From Chrysomallon squamiferum (lineage: Eukaryota; Animalia; Mollusca), in NCBI GenBank assembly GCA_012295275.1, contig CM022668.1:6696001-6760000 (forward strand): DNA of 64,000 nt. Direction: 5' to 3'. Both the position numbers and the translations under genes were made by a program. Shown one piece after another: positions 43,622-64,000 of the stretch; the stretch's first letter is position 1; each line of letters begins with the position of its first letter. Below the pieces are notes generated by a model. It saw only the letters and a program-made list of their open reading frames with translations, made no database searches and was not told the origin of the DNA.

Positions 43622-43784
43622 GTTTTTCATCTTTTCAAAACTGGAAGAAAATAGCTATAATTATACTTATACTCACACAAAACAGATGAACACACACACA
43701 GACACACATACACATACATAACATACATATGCATACATATACACATATATACACACACAGATATAAACGTTCATAAATAAGTAT

Positions 43785-44420
43785 TGGCACAGAAATGAAG
43801 AATAAAACTAGGTCAGATGGGCAAATGAACAGGTATTGTTGTCATCATCATTATTTTTCTTCTTCCCGCTTTCTTAATCATCTTAACTATTTTGTTTTTG
43901 ATATTGTTGTTGTTGTTATTGTTTGTTGAAGAAAAACAACCTGGATCAGTGTGTTGGAAAACTGGATTACGGATAAGTGGATGCAAATCTATGGTATCAA
44001 AAACCTTTTAATTCATTTTTTTTTTTTTTTTTTTTTACTATTAATTAATTAATTAATCTATTTATTTATTTACTTATTATGCCCTTTTTATTATTTATTC
44101 TTCTTCTTTTATTATTATTAATTATTATTTTTTTAAATTTAGTTTCTGGTTCATGGGGCAACTGGGCCACTGTGTTGAGAGTGTTTAATGTTTTTGTGAA
44201 CAAGGCACAGTTGTTGTATTAGAGAGAAGGCTGTGTGACCAACCCCTACTGGAGTCTGGAATGGAAAAATGTAGTGGCTCAGAAATGAAGAACAGAGCAG
44301 AAATATGTCAGATGCGATCATGTACAGCTTCTTCCTGTGAAATCAGTCATTATTGTCATTGCAGTTAAAGAAATGCGAAAATCAGTTGCTGTGCACAGGT
44401 TTGCAGCATCTTTACTTGCT
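43785..44420 (+). pseudogene. Scrambled TSR exon fragments (family 1, plus the 3' end of gene C exon 2)
   Basis: 43785-43835 is a TSR 3' end. 44143-44328 is a TSR exon with a lost Cys, a 1-bp deletion and no GT donor. About 44368-44430 (KKCENQLLCT-G|GTTTGCAGC) matches C exon 2 and its intron in the opposite orientation. Confidence 0.7.
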
Positions 44421-44438
44421 GTTAGTGCATATATATAC

Positions 44439-44504
<66 letters not shown>

Positions 44505-45474
44505 GAAAATAATTATGAGATATATTGTAAGTTTAAAACTAAAATAACAACAACAATAATAAATATATAAATAAATAAACAAACAAAATAATGACAATTA
44601 TTATTATTATTATTATTATAATTAACAGAATTAAATAATGTTTGACCTTGTAAATTTATTTCTTCTTGAAACATTTAAAAACGCAGAGGTCAATGAAACG
44701 AACGGATAAACAATGAAATAACTATTTATTTAATTTCTTTTAAATTTTTATTTTTTTTATAATTTAATAATAATAATGTATTACAGATGCATAAAAATAG
44801 TTAAATATATCTAAACAGACTACCAAATTCTTACCGTCTATTTGTGTGTGTTTTTTGTTTGACTTTCTGAAGAAAATAAAAGGTCAAGGACATTTAAGTT
44901 GAGTGACCAACCTTGTTTAATTATTATTATTACTACTAATAATAATGCTAATATTATTTGATGAACTGAATTGAAATCGCCGGATTTTCTTATGTTCAGA
45001 ATTCGATCTCACTGCAAGCTCACTTTATTCAAAGTATTGTTTTAAATTAGGAACACATTTCTATTAAGGTCCTACCCGACGGCACATCAATCTAACCTAA
45101 ATATGCTAATTACGAAAATGAAAATTACGCTCCCGTCATGACGTAACAAAATAAAAAAAAGATAAAAAAAAGAAGAAGATCATCCGCCATTTTTAATGGA
45201 TGGTCTATTATTTCAGAAACTTAAATGAAGTGATTCAAGTTGAAAAATAATAATCTGTAGTATAAATTTGGAAATATTATCAATATTATTATTTTTATCA
45301 GACTGTTTGAATAATAATTTAAAACTGATTTCTATATTGTAAAACGTAAGTATATTCTTTTTCAATACAGACTATTATTGTTAATGTATTTACGACAAAT
45401 TATTATTTTTTCTTTCTATCTTTTTGACTTTACTTATTTATTTATTTATTATTCCTATTATTATTATTATTAGT

Positions 45475-45512
<38 letters not shown>

Positions 45513-46128
45513 TTAATGAAATATAGAATATAAAGTCTAGACATAAAAGTACTTTTTCTAAATTCACGAGGAATTCCAGTAAGAATGGTATTTTGGTATA
45601 CAGAGGATCGAGAAAACAACTCATATAACCAAACTCTGGCTAAATGCAAATCTTTTAAATACATTAGACTCAGACAGACTGACAGATAGATACACTGACG
45701 GACAGACATGTTAAATTAATTCGTTTTAACAGTAAATAACAATAACAACAACAACAACAACAACAATAAATTAAAGATGAAATATTCTAAAACTAATTTC
45801 TTAAGACATGCACATAAATGCATACAAACATACGTATATATATATATATATATATATAGCGATAGATATAAATGTAAACCAAATAGTAGATGTAGTTCAG
45901 ATCTGAACAGGATTGATTTATAACAGAAGAAGAAGTAGAAAAGTATAAAAATAAGAAAATGAAAACAGAAAAAAAGACCTATTAAGAAATTTTTACATTA
46001 AAAATCTTCTTGAATAATTAGTTTTATTGTTTCGTTGCAGTTACTGAGCTAACGGTTTTAGTAAATGGTTTTTATGTATTATGTGTGTATCTATGCATAT
46101 ATGTGTGTGCATGTATATGTTTATATAT

Positions 46129-46183
<55 letters not shown>

Positions 46184-46241
46184 TGCATACATACATATAT
46201 AGATAAATACAATGCCTATATGCATTTCTTTTCAGATAAAC

Positions 46242-62421
<16,180 letters not shown>

Positions 62422-63529
62422 TCAAATAAGAAAGAGGATTATTTAAGAAAAGAAATCTGTTAAAGAAACAGGGTCAAGAAAGATAATCTGTTAAAGAAAT
62501 GATTTCTTTAAAGAAATGGCTTCTTTAAAAAAACTGAATCTAATAAAGAAATTTCTTCTTTAAAGAAAAGGAATCTAGAGAAATGAGTTCTTTGAACATA
62601 GAGAATCTGTTAAAGAAATCTGTTCTTTAAAGAAGCGGAATCTGTTATAGAAAGGGGGTTCACGAAATAAAGATAATTTATTAAAGAAACAGAATATTAA
62701 TTTATTAAAGAAATAATCTATTAAAAAGAATATATTAAAGCAACAGGGTCCATTAAAAAAGAAAATCTGTTACAGACACTGGCACTATTAAGAAAGAAAA
62801 AGAGAGAATTTATTAAATAAACAGAATGTACTAAAGAAAAGAACCAGATTCTTTAGAAAATAATATATTAAAGAAATAGGTTCTTTAGAGAGAAAATCGA
62901 TTAAAATGAGAATCTCATCAAAGAATCTATTGCAGAAAGATTGTCTATTAAACAAACAGGATCTACAAAATTATTAAAGAAAGTGAATATATTAAAGAAA
63001 CAGCTGATGATCTATTAAATAGACACTCTATTAAAAAGAAAACACAACTATTAACGAAACGGAATCTTCAAACAAAGAATCTATTAAACTAAGATTCATT
63101 AAAAAAATAATATATTGCAATAAAGAGTGTTTATTAAAGAACATCTATTTTTAAAACAGGATCTATTTAAGAAAACTTCAGTTATCGTTGATAATTATGA
63201 AGTGGACTATGAATAGTCAAATCATATTTTCAAAATTGTAGAGAAGATAGTTTTGCTTTGTCAGCATCGTGATAATTTCTGAACCATGCTAACATTAGAG
63301 TGTAGTATCTCAAGGTTATCTAAATGAAATAATAAAATTAACTAAAAAACGTTCAAAGCAGTAAATTTTATTGAATCAATTACAAATACATTGTACAAGT
63401 AAAAACTGATATTTTGAATTATAGTTATGTCAATATTATTTTTAAAAATTATATATTTTAATAACTACTACTACTATTACTACTATTACTGCTACTACTA
63501 TTGGAATTATTACCATCATCATCATCATC

Positions 63530-63582
<53 letters not shown>

Positions 63583-64000
63583 TAAAAATAATAATAATAT
63601 TAATAATAATAAAAATGAAAGATAAACATGTGTGCTACTCAGAATTTAGTAATATGTCTAATTTTAAAAAAAAAGTTTGCTATTTCCATTTTCTTAAATT
63701 GTTTCTTTACTTGTATATAATATATATCCCGTTACGTATAATTATTTATGCATATATGAATATATATATAAAAAAAAGTTATTATTTTATTTATTTATTT
63801 ATTTTAAAATAAAAAACGTACAACAAGTGTGCGGTTTTAGTCCAAAAAGAAAAGAGCTATTTATTATCATCTAATTAAAAAAAAATTATATATATATATA
63901 TATATCAAAAAGTATATAATATGTATATGAATAAGTATATATATATATGAATATGAATGAATATATATATATATAGATATGAATAAGTATATATGAATAA

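Overview
AT-rich, microsatellite-dense eukaryotic (invertebrate animal) genomic DNA with spliceosomal GT-AG introns. No prokaryotic genes are evident, and almost all long ORFs in the supplied track are translated simple repeats. Reconstructing exons by hand shows that the whole window is a cluster of type-I membrane-protein genes built from phase-1 exon modules. Family 1 has the layout signal peptide - GON domain (3 exons) - variable number of thrombospondin type-1 repeats (TSR, one exon each) - TM - short tail with DNPxF. It comprises: intact gene A (minus, 12613-3452, 628 aa, 5 TSR); a tandem copy A' entering from the left edge; a GON-less pseudogene D; fragments E; and a composite plus-strand locus F-G-H (46242-62421) that can be spliced in frame to SP-GON-TSR2-GON-TSR7-TM-tail (about 1036 aa). 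Family 2 has the layout signal peptide - 5 TSR - TM - tail. It comprises intact gene B (plus, 449 aa, NPAY plus a Ser-repeat tail) and gene C (minus, short tail, one frameshifted exon). Family-1 and family-2 promoters recur head-to-head. Paralogous TSR exons diverge mostly at amino-acid-changing sites while adjacent introns stay near-identical. Also present are Tigger/pogo and Tc1/mariner remnants, a LINE remnant, several minisatellites and an intronic fold-back. All gene models were built manually without transcript evidence, and some duplications could be assembly artefacts. The species cannot be determined from the sequence.
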